Shown: positions 49,254 through 58,898 of the stretch, in pieces
Layout: the number at the start of each line of letters is the position of its first letter
Numbering within the stretch: the first letter of the stretch is position 1
From: an archaeon
GTDB taxonomy: Archaea > Nanobdellota > Nanobdellia > Pacearchaeales > GW2011-AR1
Length of the DNA: 64,000 nucleotides
Assembly (NCBI GenBank): GCA_043810865.1
Contig: JBDRNS010000005.1
Span: 2,821-66,820 of the forward strand
Reading direction: 5' to 3'
Translations under genes and position numbers: made by a program
Notes under the pieces: model-generated
What the model was told of the DNA's origin: nothing
What the model saw: only the letters and a program-made list of their open reading frames with translations
Databases searched by the model: none

Positions 49254-49862
49254 ATGGTTTTTGAACTTCCTCCCTTGGAATATCCGTATGAGTCACTTGA
49301 GCCGTATATAGATAAGGAAACAATGGTTATTCATCATGACAAACATCACAAAGCGTATGTTGACAAACTTAATGCGGCGATTGAAGGGCATGAAGAATTG
49401 CAGGACAAACCGATTGAAGAAATCCTGAAAAATATTAATTCTGTTTCAGAGCAAATCAGAACTGCTGTGAGAAATCACGGGGGAGGGCATTTTAATCATT
49501 CATTTTTTTGGACTTGTCTGAAAAAAGATGTCAAGCCAAATGGAGAAATCCTTGCTGCGATAATAAGAGATTTTGGAAGTTACGAACAATTCGCAGAACA
49601 ATTCAAAAATGCTGCTGTTACGCAGTTTGGAAGTGGTTGGGCTTGGCTTGTCTTAAATCCAGCGACGAGAAAACTTGAAATTATGCAAACACACGACCAA
49701 GAGTCGCCAATATCCTCGGGAAAAATTCCTTTGCTTGTCGTAGATGTCTGGGAGCATGCTTATTATTTAAAATACCAAAACCGGCGCCCGGAATATGTTG
49801 AGGCATTCATGAAGGTAATTAATTGGGAAAAGGTTGATGAGAATTTTGTTAAATCTATATGA
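49254..49862 (+). CDS. sod: Fe/Mn superoxide dismutase
   Basis: 'HHDKHHKAY', 'DVWEHAYY'. Confidence 0.9.
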   Translation: MVFELPPLEYPYESLEPYIDKETMVIHHDKHHKAYVDKLNAAIEGHEELQDKPIEEILKNINSVSEQIRTAVRNHGGGHFNHSFFWTCLKKDVKPNGEILAAIIRDFGSYEQFAEQFKNAAVTQFGSGWAWLVLNPATRKLEIMQTHDQESPISSGKIPLLVVDVWEHAYYLKYQNRRPEYVEAFMKVINWEKVDENFVKSI

Positions 49863-49866
49863 TAAA

Positions 49867-50085
49867 ATGCAAAAACAATTAATCACGAAAAATACAAACT
49901 TAATGGAACTCGTTGAAAAATATCCAGAGGTTGTTGAAATTTTAATGGGTTATGGTTTGCATTGTGTCACATGCACTTTTTCGCAGTTTGACAGTTTGGA
50001 AAATGGAGCGAAATTGCACGGAATGTCAAAAGATGACTTTGAAATGATGCTGAAGGATTTGAATAAATTGATTAAGGATTATTAA
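49867..50085 (+). CDS. DUF1858 redox-disulfide protein (CxxC)
   Basis: 'ELVEKYPEVVEILMGYGLHCVTCTFSQFDSLENGAKLHG'. Confidence 0.55.
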   Translation: MQKQLITKNTNLMELVEKYPEVVEILMGYGLHCVTCTFSQFDSLENGAKLHGMSKDDFEMMLKDLNKLIKDY

Positions 50086-50332
50086 TTGGGGGTTTGGGAT
50101 AGTGGGGCATTTCAAGCTCTCCTGTTTCAGGATTTAATCGTGCAGTTTTTTTACAATAGTCACCTAATTCAGGATCGTTTCTTGCTGCGGATCTTCTGCT
50201 ACAGTAATCACGGAGTTGTATGTGATATTCAATTACAGATGTTAAACCTTGATTTTTGGGAGCATAATTTGTCACACATCCTGCCATTAAAAGTGCAAGT
50301 CCCACCAAACCTAATTTTGTTCTTGTTTTCAT
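50072..50332 (-). CDS. small lipoprotein (bacterial-type lipobox)
   Basis: 'LALLMAGC' lipobox; 3 further Cys. Confidence 0.45.
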   Translation of the reverse strand: MKTRTKLGLVGLALLMAGCVTNYAPKNQGLTSVIEYHIQLRDYCSRRSAARNDPELGDYCKKTARLNPETGELEMPHYPKPPINNP

Positions 50333-50486
50333 TTTATTTTCCTGATTTTGTTATTTTTAAGAATTTATATGGTAAAAATTTGAATGAATTTATCAGAGAG
50401 ATTTAAGATTAGTAAAACATAAATGAACACAATAAAACTTTTAAATGTCTGTTTTTACTCATAAAAGCTAATTAGTAAAAAGTAAA

Positions 50487-50828
50487 ATGGATATAGTAAT
50501 AAAACCACAATATGATATTTTAGATACGATAAAAGATGCTTATGCTACTTTTAGTGATGTTGTTATGTCTTACGCTATAGGACTACAAATGGCGGCACAA
50601 GATGTCAAGAATGTTGTCAAGCCAGTGGGGCTTGCATTAATACTTGTATCATCTTTTGCATTTGGAGGTTGCCCTTCTGGAAATAGTGTGGATTATCAGA
50701 GGTCGCAAGTCAGACAGGAAGAGCAGGGCCCTAATAGAGTTAATATACCTTCTACATACCAACTACCAATTACAGATGGTATCGGTGGAGATTCATGCAG
50801 CGGATGTCTTCCTCCTGCTCGGAAGTGA
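50487..50828 (+). CDS. hypothetical protein
   Basis: 113-aa ORF; internal 'AFGGC'. Confidence 0.3.
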   Translation: MDIVIKPQYDILDTIKDAYATFSDVVMSYAIGLQMAAQDVKNVVKPVGLALILVSSFAFGGCPSGNSVDYQRSQVRQEEQGPNRVNIPSTYQLPITDGIGGDSCSGCLPPARK

Positions 50829-50869
50829 TTAAATTTATTCTTCTTTAATTTAATCTTTACCTAAAGTTT

Positions 50870-51021
50870 GCCTCACTCGTAAACTCGTTCGGGATTGATA
50901 AAAAATTTAATAAAAAAAGATTTTTTAGCGGTGAGATTAGAAGTGCAGGTAATTGATTAACATTTATTCGGAGTTTTTTTATTAACAATTTACTTCAATC
51001 GTGAGCAGAGCGAACGCAAAG
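50870..51021. repeat. Mosaic intergenic repeat family, copy E
   Basis: 'GCCTCACTCG...CGTTCGGGATTGATAAAAAATTTAATAAAAAAAGATTTTTTAGCGGTGAGATTAGAAGTGCAGG'; 3' 'CAATCGTGAGCAGAGCGAACGC' is the reverse complement of the copy D 5' box. Confidence 0.6.
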
Positions 51022-51048
51022 TTTTTTAACAAGTTGAAAAATTAAAAA

Positions 51049-52035
51049 TCAAATAATCCCTTCTTTCAAGATATCATTCCAGCTTTTTACATCCAAAGCC
51101 ACGAGAGCTTCTTTAAATGTCAGAATTGGTTTGTTGTATTTTGCATAATCATCAAGTGCAATTCGCGGGCAGGCGAGCTCTATGAATGCGTCAATTTTGT
51201 AAAAGTTCATAATTTTGTCAGGTGTGAGTTCAGACATTGTAATTAAGATTGGTTTTTTATTTTTTTCTTTTAACTTGTCAAGCAGATATTTAGGATTTCC
51301 AAATTTTTGCCCTGGTTTTATTTCAACAATTATTCCAACTGTTTTTGCATCTTTTAATTTTTGGATTGAGATTGCCCTTTGCTTCAGAATTTTTTCTCTT
51401 AAACCAGCCATGCTTCTGACATTGTCATTGTAAACATCAACCAAAATAACTGGTTTTTCAACTGAGAGAACAGCGCCCATTGAATGAAATTGATTTCCTA
51501 TAATTACAAAGCAATCAACGTTTTTTTCAATTGCTTTCAAGCCGAGATACTGGCAGCCGACAATGTGCCCTTCATATTCCACAAGTCCGAGTTTTTTTGA
51601 CAGCAAGACATTTTTCCCATTTTGTTCATAAAATGATTTTATTTTTTCCACATCATGTTTGTGCTGAATTGAGTAACTTAATCCAAGAGTTTTGAATTCT
51701 TTTAATTCATTAAGAGATTTTTTCAAGATTGGTTCAAGGTTAAGTTCATCTTTTACTTCAATGTAGAGAACAGGAAAATTAACATGAACAAATTCTGCGT
51801 GTCCGAAATGAACAATCAAATCAACTCCCAAGTCCTTGGCTTCCTGAACAGCGACGCTGCACGCGCCCCAGGATGTTTCTCCTGAAAAGATAACTTCTAT
51901 TCTGAGTTTTTCAATTGTGTTTGCAATTTCTTCTGCATTTTGCTTTATTCCCTCTGCTAACTGAACAAGAACTTTTTTTGGTTTTCTTTTTTTAAGCTCT
52001 GATACGAGTTTTGGGATTTCAAAGTTGAGAGGCAT
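51049..52035 (-). CDS. dph2: 2-(3-amino-3-carboxypropyl)histidine synthase (Dph2)
   Basis: 328 aa; 'GETSWGACSV...GVDLIVHFGHAEF' and conserved Cys in three pseudo-repeats. Confidence 0.65.
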   Translation of the reverse strand: MPLNFEIPKLVSELKKRKPKKVLVQLAEGIKQNAEEIANTIEKLRIEVIFSGETSWGACSVAVQEAKDLGVDLIVHFGHAEFVHVNFPVLYIEVKDELNLEPILKKSLNELKEFKTLGLSYSIQHKHDVEKIKSFYEQNGKNVLLSKKLGLVEYEGHIVGCQYLGLKAIEKNVDCFVIIGNQFHSMGAVLSVEKPVILVDVYNDNVRSMAGLREKILKQRAISIQKLKDAKTVGIIVEIKPGQKFGNPKYLLDKLKEKNKKPILITMSELTPDKIMNFYKIDAFIELACPRIALDDYAKYNKPILTFKEALVALDVKSWNDILKEGII

Positions 52036-52084
52036 AGTATTTTATCTTCAATATATTTTTAAAGTGTTTGCTTTAGTTTGATTT

Positions 52085-52366
52085 ATGAAATTATCAAATA
52101 TTTTGGCTGTGGGATTAGCGATTGCTGGTGTGGGTGTTTTTGGGAGTTGTGTTACCATGACTGCTCAGGAAAGATATTATCAATGTGTTGAGAGAGTTTC
52201 TGAAGATATGAGAAACATAAGAGAAGGGATTCAGTTTAATTTAAGAAGAGTCGGGAGTTCTCAAAGTTCTGCTAAAATATTTAATGGAAGATATGGAGAG
52301 GTTTATGCCCGTGCTTGTGAAGAAGAATATGGTGATTTTCAGAGAGAGTTGAAGAATTCTGATTAA
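52085..52366 (+). CDS. small lipoprotein, possible paralog of 50072-50332
   Basis: 'GVGVFGSC' lipobox; 'CVTMT' start and Cys spacing like 50072 'CVTNY'. Confidence 0.4.
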   Translation: MKLSNILAVGLAIAGVGVFGSCVTMTAQERYYQCVERVSEDMRNIREGIQFNLRRVGSSQSSAKIFNGRYGEVYARACEEEYGDFQRELKNSD

Positions 52367-52926
52367 ATCTTTCCAACCAAATCCAAACCCGGCTTTAATG
52401 TTTTGCTTCCTGGTTTCCAATTTGCAGGGCAAACTTCTCCGCCGTGCTCTCTTGTAAATTGCGCGGCTTGTATTTTTCTGATTAGTTCATCTGCGCTTCT
52501 TCCAATACTGTTATCATGAATTTCAAATGCTTTCAAAATTCCGTCGGGGTCAATTATAAAAGTTCCTCTCAAAGCCAAACCCTCTTCTCTTATGTATGTT
52601 CCGAAAAGACGTGAGAGTTTTCCTGTCGGGTCTGCAAGCATTGGGAAATTAACTTTTTTTATTGCAGGCGAATTATCATGCCATGCCTTGTGAACAAATT
52701 CTGTGTCTGTTGAAACACTTAGAATTTCTGTGTTTAACTTTTTAAATGTCTCATAATTATTTGCGAGTTCTTCAAGTTCTGTCGGGCAGACAAATGTGAA
52801 ATCTGCAGGATAAAAGAAAACAACAATCCACTTGTCCTTATAGTCAGCGAGCTTTATGTTTTTTATTTTCTCTTCATGAAATGCCTTTGCTTCAAATTCC
52901 GGGACTTTTTCATTTATGCGTATCAT
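52363..52926 (-). CDS. 2-Cys peroxiredoxin (AhpC/TSA family)
   Basis: Peroxidatic 'FTFVCPTE', resolving 'EVCPANW'. Confidence 0.85.
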   Translation of the reverse strand: MIRINEKVPEFEAKAFHEEKIKNIKLADYKDKWIVVFFYPADFTFVCPTELEELANNYETFKKLNTEILSVSTDTEFVHKAWHDNSPAIKKVNFPMLADPTGKLSRLFGTYIREEGLALRGTFIIDPDGILKAFEIHDNSIGRSADELIRKIQAAQFTREHGGEVCPANWKPGSKTLKPGLDLVGKI

Positions 52927-52965
52927 TTTAATTTAGAATGGTTAATGTTTAAAAGTTTTGTTGTT

Positions 52966-53235
52966 CTAAAACTCAATCTTAACATCGCTGTTTTTTATTC
53001 TGCACTGGCATGCAAGCCGGTGTTTTTTGTCGCGTTCCAAATCCATTTCTTTTTCTGTTAGTTCTGATAAATTATTTTCTCCTGATATAACATCAATCAT
53101 ACATGTTCCGCAAGTTCCTTTTGAGCAATTGAACGGAACGCCGAGTTCTTCACATGCTTCACGAATTTCATTTCCTTCCTGAATTTCAACGAAATCATTT
53201 GTTAGGTTATTTATTATTTTTGGCATAAAAAACAA
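52966..53235 (-). CDS. fdx: [2Fe-2S] ferredoxin
   Basis: 'CSKGTCGTCM...LACQC' Cys spacing. Confidence 0.6.
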   Translation of the reverse strand: MFFMPKIINNLTNDFVEIQEGNEIREACEELGVPFNCSKGTCGTCMIDVISGENNLSELTEKEMDLERDKKHRLACQCRIKNSDVKIEF

Positions 53236-53256
53236 AGAAAAAGGTTTTATATAAAA

Positions 53257-53541
53257 TTAACTCTTTAGTCGGGGGTTTGGGAATCTTTTGTTTTTTAGGA
53301 AATTTCTTACTAAGTCCCCTTCTACACTTCCTTCAGTTACAGGACTAACTACTGAAATGTCAACGCCATTTTCTTCTCTTATTCTGTAATTTCTAATATA
53401 ACCAATAACTTCTGTTTCTTGAGTTCTTTGAACATATAAATCTACTCCTCTATGAAGAACAACCAATAAATTTCTTTCGTTGTGGTGCAGTATTCTCTCT
53501 TTTAATCCAGGAAGATGACGATATTCAATTGTTTTAGCCAT
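53257..53541 (-). CDS. hypothetical protein
   Basis: 94-aa ORF. Confidence 0.3.
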   Translation of the reverse strand: MAKTIEYRHLPGLKERILHHNERNLLVVLHRGVDLYVQRTQETEVIGYIRNYRIREENGVDISVVSPVTEGSVEGDLVRNFLKNKRFPNPRLKS

Positions 53542-53591
53542 ATTATTTTCTAGAAGGTTTATTTATAAGAATTTATGTTTTACATCAGTTA

Positions 53592-54539
53592 TTACTCTTT
53601 GTTGATATATTCATAAGCGCTGTAAGCTGCTGTGCAACCGTCGGCGACTCCTGTGATTAATTGTTTAAACGGTTTGTCTGTCACGTCGCCTGCCGCGAAA
53701 ATTCCAGAGATGTTTGTTTCAGATGTCATGTGATTTATTATGATTTCATTTTTTTTATTTAGTTTTACGCCGAGCGGTTTTGCCAAATCAGAAAGAATAA
53801 TGTGCCCGATTGCGATGAAAATTCCTTCCAATCTTAATTCTTTGCTTCCTTTGTATTGTTTGTCCAGAATAACTGACTCGACATTATTTTTTCCTTTAAC
53901 TTCAACAATGTTTGTGTTGTTTATTACTTCTATTTTTTTGTTGTTTTTTATTCTTTGCAAGTTTATTGGTTCTGGATGTATCTGGGAACCCCGGTAAATT
54001 ATGTAGACATTTTTTGCGTGTTCGCTTAAAAGAAGAGCGTCTTTTGCCGCGCTATCCGAGCCGCCCACTACTGCAATTGTTTTGTTTTTGTAGAGCGGAC
54101 CGTCGCATAAAGCACAGTAACTTATTCCTCTGTTCTCAAATTCCCTGCTTCCTTTTACATTTTCAGGAAGTTTTCTCCATTTTGTTCCTGTCGCAAATAA
54201 AATAGTTTTTCCTTCATAAGAATTTTTGTTTGTTTTTATAGAGAACAAATTTTTTTCTTTTTTTATATTTTCAACTTTTTCATTTTTTATTTCAACCAAA
54301 TCATAACTTCGCGCGTGCTCTTCAATTTTTTTTGCGAGTTCAAATCCTGAGAGTTTTATGAAGCCAGGATAGTTTTCAACTATGTTTGTTGTTGTTATTA
54401 CGCCGCCGACAGGCAGTTCTGTTCCGTGTGTAAAACCCAAAACCAGAGTTTTCATTCCCAGACGTGCAGAATACATTGCTGCTGCCAGTCCTGTTCCGCC
54501 TGCGCCGATTATGATGAAGTCGAATTTTTTTTCTGCCAT
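53592..54539 (-). CDS. trxB: thioredoxin-disulfide reductase
   Basis: 'FDFIIIGAGGTG' FAD motif, 'CALCDG' redox CxxC, 'VVGGSDSA' NADPH motif. Confidence 0.85.
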   Translation of the reverse strand: MAEKKFDFIIIGAGGTGLAAAMYSARLGMKTLVLGFTHGTELPVGGVITTTNIVENYPGFIKLSGFELAKKIEEHARSYDLVEIKNEKVENIKKEKNLFSIKTNKNSYEGKTILFATGTKWRKLPENVKGSREFENRGISYCALCDGPLYKNKTIAVVGGSDSAAKDALLLSEHAKNVYIIYRGSQIHPEPINLQRIKNNKKIEVINNTNIVEVKGKNNVESVILDKQYKGSKELRLEGIFIAIGHIILSDLAKPLGVKLNKKNEIIINHMTSETNISGIFAAGDVTDKPFKQLITGVADGCTAAYSAYEYINKE

Positions 54540-54579
54540 TCTCTTAAAAAGAGTGATTTGTTTTTAAAAGTTTGCAGAT

Positions 54580-55941
54580 TTATAATCTTCTCTTGTAAAA
54601 AATCAAGGAAAACATTATTACATATCTACTTATTATGCTTGCAATTATTGCCCCATAAACTGCAAATAATTGCCCGTTGACAAGGAAAGTTTTTATGAAA
54701 GTATATGTAAGAATTACATTAAGGATTGTTGAAAGAATTAAAATTTTTGAAATCATTCTTGGTTTTCCTCTTGATATAAAATATGTTTCATAAAGAGATA
54801 TAATTGGATTGGAGATAATCACAATGGAAAAAATTCTTAAAATACCTGATGATACTGCGTAAGAACTTCCATAGATAATATTTATAATTAAAGGAGAAAA
54901 GATTATTAATAAAATCACAGAAATTAAGGATAGTAAAATTGTTACGCCTAAAAACTTATTAAAATCCCTTTCAATTTCTCTTTTTCCCAGCTTGCTGAAT
55001 ACCGGAAGCAGTGCAGCAGAAAAGGTTATTAATGCAATGATTCCTCCGACAAGCCCAAAGACAGCTCTGTAATAACCAACAAAATCTGCCAGGACAAAGT
55101 GCCCCAAAAACAAAATGTCTATTTCCCCGAAGAATAATCCTGATATGGCTATTGAAGGCATTGCAATCATAAATTTATTAATTTTTTTATTTTCACTTTC
55201 TGTTAGTTTTTCTTCTTTATGTCTTAGAAAATCAAATTTTTCTCTGGAAAAAAAGTAAATTATGGTAGTAGCAAATAATAATGAACCAGTTAGCCCAATG
55301 ATTATGAGTGAAATATTTATCTCATTGGAAAGAGAGTATTTTAGTCCAAGAATTATTAAAACGGGAACAATAATGACTCTTATTACCTGAAACAGGGTTT
55401 CTTTCCAGAAGATATTTTTAAAACTGTTTGAAGAAAACATTATGTCTTCCAAGATCTCAGAGATTCCGAGTAGAATAAGATATAATGCTCCTGCGATAAA
55501 ACCAAGGAATAAGGGCTTTTCAAATATATTATTTGCGAGATATCTCGAAACCAAAATTAAGGTAATCATTGAGGCGAACACAAGAAAAATTTTGATTTTT
55601 AAAAAATAAACAGCATATGCTTTAGCCTTAGCTTTTTTATTTCTTCCGAGTTCTTTTGAGATAAATCTTACAAAAGCGCTTCCGATTTCCAAATCAGAGA
55701 ACAGAGCAAAAACCATTATTACTGCAAGAACAATGCTATACAATCCGAAGAGCTCAGGCATCAAAAGTCTTGCAATTATTATTGTGAATATTAGGGAGCC
55801 AATCCTTGTAGCAAAAGAAGTAAGCATCATGAAAAAACTGTTTTTTATTTCAAGTCCTTCGCTTCCTGAAAAATCCTTTTTTCTTATTCTGTTGATAAAT
55901 TCTTTCAGAATAAACTCCTCTTTTTTCAGTAATTTGTTCAT
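54580..55941 (-). CDS. MOP-superfamily polysaccharide flippase (Wzx-like)
   Basis: 453 aa, about 12 TM helices. Confidence 0.6.
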   Translation of the reverse strand: MNKLLKKEEFILKEFINRIRKKDFSGSEGLEIKNSFFMMLTSFATRIGSLIFTIIIARLLMPELFGLYSIVLAVIMVFALFSDLEIGSAFVRFISKELGRNKKAKAKAYAVYFLKIKIFLVFASMITLILVSRYLANNIFEKPLFLGFIAGALYLILLGISEILEDIMFSSNSFKNIFWKETLFQVIRVIIVPVLIILGLKYSLSNEINISLIIIGLTGSLLFATTIIYFFSREKFDFLRHKEEKLTESENKKINKFMIAMPSIAISGLFFGEIDILFLGHFVLADFVGYYRAVFGLVGGIIALITFSAALLPVFSKLGKREIERDFNKFLGVTILLSLISVILLIIFSPLIINIIYGSSYAVSSGILRIFSIVIISNPIISLYETYFISRGKPRMISKILILSTILNVILTYTFIKTFLVNGQLFAVYGAIIASIISRYVIMFSLIFYKRRL

Positions 55942-55978
55942 AATGTGAATAAGAAAAAAATGTTTTTATAGCTGTTGA

Positions 55979-56593
55979 TTATTCAAGCGGGACTTTGGAA
56001 TCTTCGTTGTCTCTTGAAGCCCATGTTTTTATTTTTCCATAAACTCTTTTAAGAGGATTGTAATCCGGTGTTGCTCCTGAAAAACCTTTTAGCCCTAATC
56101 TAACTGTATCTGAAACCGGTCCTGAAAGCCCATAAGCCAAATCTTTATACCATCTTTCATCAGGGGTTTGAGATAAAATTAACCTGAATTCCAAATCATT
56201 TTTAACAAGATTTTCTTTTTTTGCAAAGTGTAGCGCTAGTTGGAATCTCATGAAATGCAGTTGGTAAGTGGAAATACCAAAATTATTAAGATTACTTTCT
56301 GTTTCTGAAAGTTTTATAATGTGTCTTACTTTGTCTATTGTATCTTCTCCTTCATTAATTCTTATCCTGCTTTCATCAACCCCTTCTTTAAGAAGTCTTT
56401 GTCTTATTCTTTCTCTTTGCGAGGTTTCGTATACCTGATTTCCCAAAGTTCCTTCAATAACCCATAAGCCATTATAATTCTGGATTTCACCGTATTCTTT
56501 TTCTATTTCATTTATGGCACACCATGTTCTCCATCTATCTATTTCAAGTGTTGGTCCTGTTGGTATTACTACTCCTCCATATTTTTCTTCCAT
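55979..56593 (-). CDS. hypothetical protein (possibly DUF218/YdcF-like)
   Basis: 204-aa ORF; weak 'GGVVIPTGP' motif. Confidence 0.3.
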   Translation of the reverse strand: MEEKYGGVVIPTGPTLEIDRWRTWCAINEIEKEYGEIQNYNGLWVIEGTLGNQVYETSQRERIRQRLLKEGVDESRIRINEGEDTIDKVRHIIKLSETESNLNNFGISTYQLHFMRFQLALHFAKKENLVKNDLEFRLILSQTPDERWYKDLAYGLSGPVSDTVRLGLKGFSGATPDYNPLKRVYGKIKTWASRDNEDSKVPLE

Positions 56594-56632
56594 AAAAAAT
56601 CTACAAAATAGGGGTTTTTAAAAATTGCGAAA

Positions 56633-56703
56633 ATGGTCCTAGGAGGAGTCGAACCTCCCCTTCCTCGGTGTAAACGAGGTGTTCTACCGATAGACTATAG
56701 GAC
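56633..56703 (-). tRNA. tRNA-Val (anticodon TAC)
   Basis: Acceptor GGTCCTA/TAGGACC, anticodon arm CCTCG-TTTACAC-CGAGG, T-arm GGAGG-TTCGACT-CCTCC, discriminator A; 71 nt, no intron. Confidence 0.7.
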
Positions 56704-56793
56704 CTTAAAAGTAAAATTGTTTATCTGTTAAAAAGGTTTTCTGTCACCACTCTTTCCCAAAAACTTTTAAAGGGTTCTTCTCCTTGATTTATC

Positions 56794-58626
56794 ATGGCTA
56801 ATAAAGAATCAGAAAATTTAGAGCAGGAAATTCCGGGAATGAATCTTGATAGCCGATATTCTGCAAGAAATCCTCTCCCAAAAGTTTCTACAGAAGCGCA
56901 GAAAGAAATGGAGAAGACGAAAAAAGAACTTGAGAAACTTAAGAATGCGATTGTTAAGAAGTATGATTTTATTCAGGCAATCGGAATTTTGCCGCCGCAG
57001 ACATTGAAGTCGTTTGTAGAGGATGAACTTGGCGAGAAAGGCAGAGAAATTCCCGAGGCGGAATTTGAAAAACTTCTGAAGAAAATTCACCTTTACATAA
57101 TTGTTCCTGAGGAAAAATTCAAAGAGATACCAAAAATAAAAAAAGAAATTGTCGGGGAAGTTGAGAAGTCAAAACAAAATGTCTGGCTTCATATCAAGAC
57201 ACCAGTTGATGTTTGGGAGACATGTCTTGACAGCAAGTTTGAACTTGTAAGTGCTATAGCAATGTCTTTTCCTCTTTATGACAAAGGAATTCTTAGCGCG
57301 TTGAGAGTTGCGGAGATTCACAAGTCACTTGTTTTGCAGAAATTTGAGAGGTATGTTGTTTCATATGTCCTCGGCGGAAGCTTGGTGAGGGGAGATGTGA
57401 CAAAAGAATCAGATGTTGATGTTTTTATAATTATTAATGATACCGACGTGAAAAGAATGCCGAGGATTGAACTTAAAGAACGACTGAGAAGCATAATTTT
57501 TCAGTATATTTCCGAAGCATTGGGGCTTGCGGGAATTAAGAAAAATCTTTTGAATGTTCAGGTTTATTTGCTTACAGATTTTTGGGAGGCGGTTAAGGAT
57601 GCGCATCCGGTTATGTTTACTTTTATCAGGGACGGTGTGCCGATTTATGACAGGGGAACTTTTATGCCGTGGAAAGCGCTTTTGAAAATGGGAAAACTGA
57701 AACCAAGTCCAGAGGCAATTGATTTGTTCATGTCTTCAGGAGACAAGACAGTTAAGAGAGCGAAGCTTGCACTGATGGATATTCTTGTTCATGATATTTA
57801 TTGGGGAGTCATAACTCCGAGCCAGGCATTGCTTATGCTTTACGGCTCGCCTCCGCCGACGCCAAAACAAATTGTGAAAGACATGGATAAAATTTTTGTT
57901 GAGAATGAAAAAATGCTTGAGAAAAAATACGTGAATATTCTTGAGAAAATTGTCGGGTTGTATAAAGATTACGAGCACGAGAAGTTGAAAGAGATTAAGG
58001 GTGCTGAAATTGACAAATTGCTTAAGGATACTGAGGACTATATTAAACGCCTCAAGGAATTGAGAGAGCAGATTGAAAAAAGAACGCAGGAAAAAACAAT
58101 CGGGCAGATTTACGACGATGTCTTCGGGCTTTTGGAAAATATATTCGGGAAGAAAACAAAGGACAAGCTTACGGAAGAATTTGAGAAGGAACTTGTCAAA
58201 ACAGGAAAACTTCCGCAGCAATCAACAAAAATTCTTAATAACATAGTTAATGCGCGTGCAGAGTTCAGGAAAGGAAAATCAAATTCGCAGAAAATTGATG
58301 ATGCGAGAAAGGAAGCGGCAATTCTTATCAATGATTTGATTGATTATTCACAAAGAAAAGAATTACTTGCCGTCGAGAAATCCAGAATAAAAATGAAATA
58401 TTCTGAAAACGGCAAGGAGAAACTTGCTGAACTTCTTGTCTGCAACGGGAAAAGTTTTTTGATTGTTGGAAATGTGATAAAGAAAATAACAAGCAAAATC
58501 GAAAATTCAAATATCAATGAACTTTCAAAAGCGGTTGAAGAAAGCAAAGGAAAGCCGACGGAAATTAATCCCAAAGTTTTTGAACTTGTGAAAAAAGAAA
58601 TCGGGGATTTTGAGATTGTGCTGTGA
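56794..58626 (+). CDS. large Pol-beta-superfamily nucleotidyltransferase-domain protein with helical C-terminal region (paralog of 61656-62651)
   Basis: 'VLGGSLVRGDVTKESDVDVFIIIND' (GS-x10-DhDh); conserved downstream 'LTDFWEAV..HPVMFTFIRDGVPIYDRGTF..KALLKMGKLKPSPEAI'. Confidence 0.5.
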   Translation: MANKESENLEQEIPGMNLDSRYSARNPLPKVSTEAQKEMEKTKKELEKLKNAIVKKYDFIQAIGILPPQTLKSFVEDELGEKGREIPEAEFEKLLKKIHLYIIVPEEKFKEIPKIKKEIVGEVEKSKQNVWLHIKTPVDVWETCLDSKFELVSAIAMSFPLYDKGILSALRVAEIHKSLVLQKFERYVVSYVLGGSLVRGDVTKESDVDVFIIINDTDVKRMPRIELKERLRSIIFQYISEALGLAGIKKNLLNVQVYLLTDFWEAVKDAHPVMFTFIRDGVPIYDRGTFMPWKALLKMGKLKPSPEAIDLFMSSGDKTVKRAKLALMDILVHDIYWGVITPSQALLMLYGSPPPTPKQIVKDMDKIFVENEKMLEKKYVNILEKIVGLYKDYEHEKLKEIKGAEIDKLLKDTEDYIKRLKELREQIEKRTQEKTIGQIYDDVFGLLENIFGKKTKDKLTEEFEKELVKTGKLPQQSTKILNNIVNARAEFRKGKSNSQKIDDARKEAAILINDLIDYSQRKELLAVEKSRIKMKYSENGKEKLAELLVCNGKSFLIVGNVIKKITSKIENSNINELSKAVEESKGKPTEINPKVFELVKKEIGDFEIVL

Positions 58627-58684
58627 TAAAAGATAGTTGTAAACTGAACAAAACATTTAAATATAATTCCCATTTTATTCTTCT

Positions 58685-58897
58685 ATGAAATTAAATATTG
58701 AAATAACAAAAGGTGAGAAATTTTTTATTGCGAGAGTTCCTGAATTGGGAGTTACAACGCAAGGAAGAACAGTGGAGGAAGCAAAGAAAAATCTTAAGGA
58801 AGCAGTTCAACTGCATCTTGAATCAGTGGTTGAATATATGATAGAAAAAGGTAATGTTAAAATTGATAATAACAAGATAATTTCTTCAAAAAATTAA
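58685..58897 (+). CDS. hicB: HicB-family antitoxin (UPF0150)
   Basis: 'KLNIEITKGEKFFIARVPELGVTTQGRTVEEAKKNLKEAVQLHLE'. Confidence 0.7.
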   Translation: MKLNIEITKGEKFFIARVPELGVTTQGRTVEEAKKNLKEAVQLHLESVVEYMIEKGNVKIDNNKIISSKN

Positions 58898-58898
58898 A

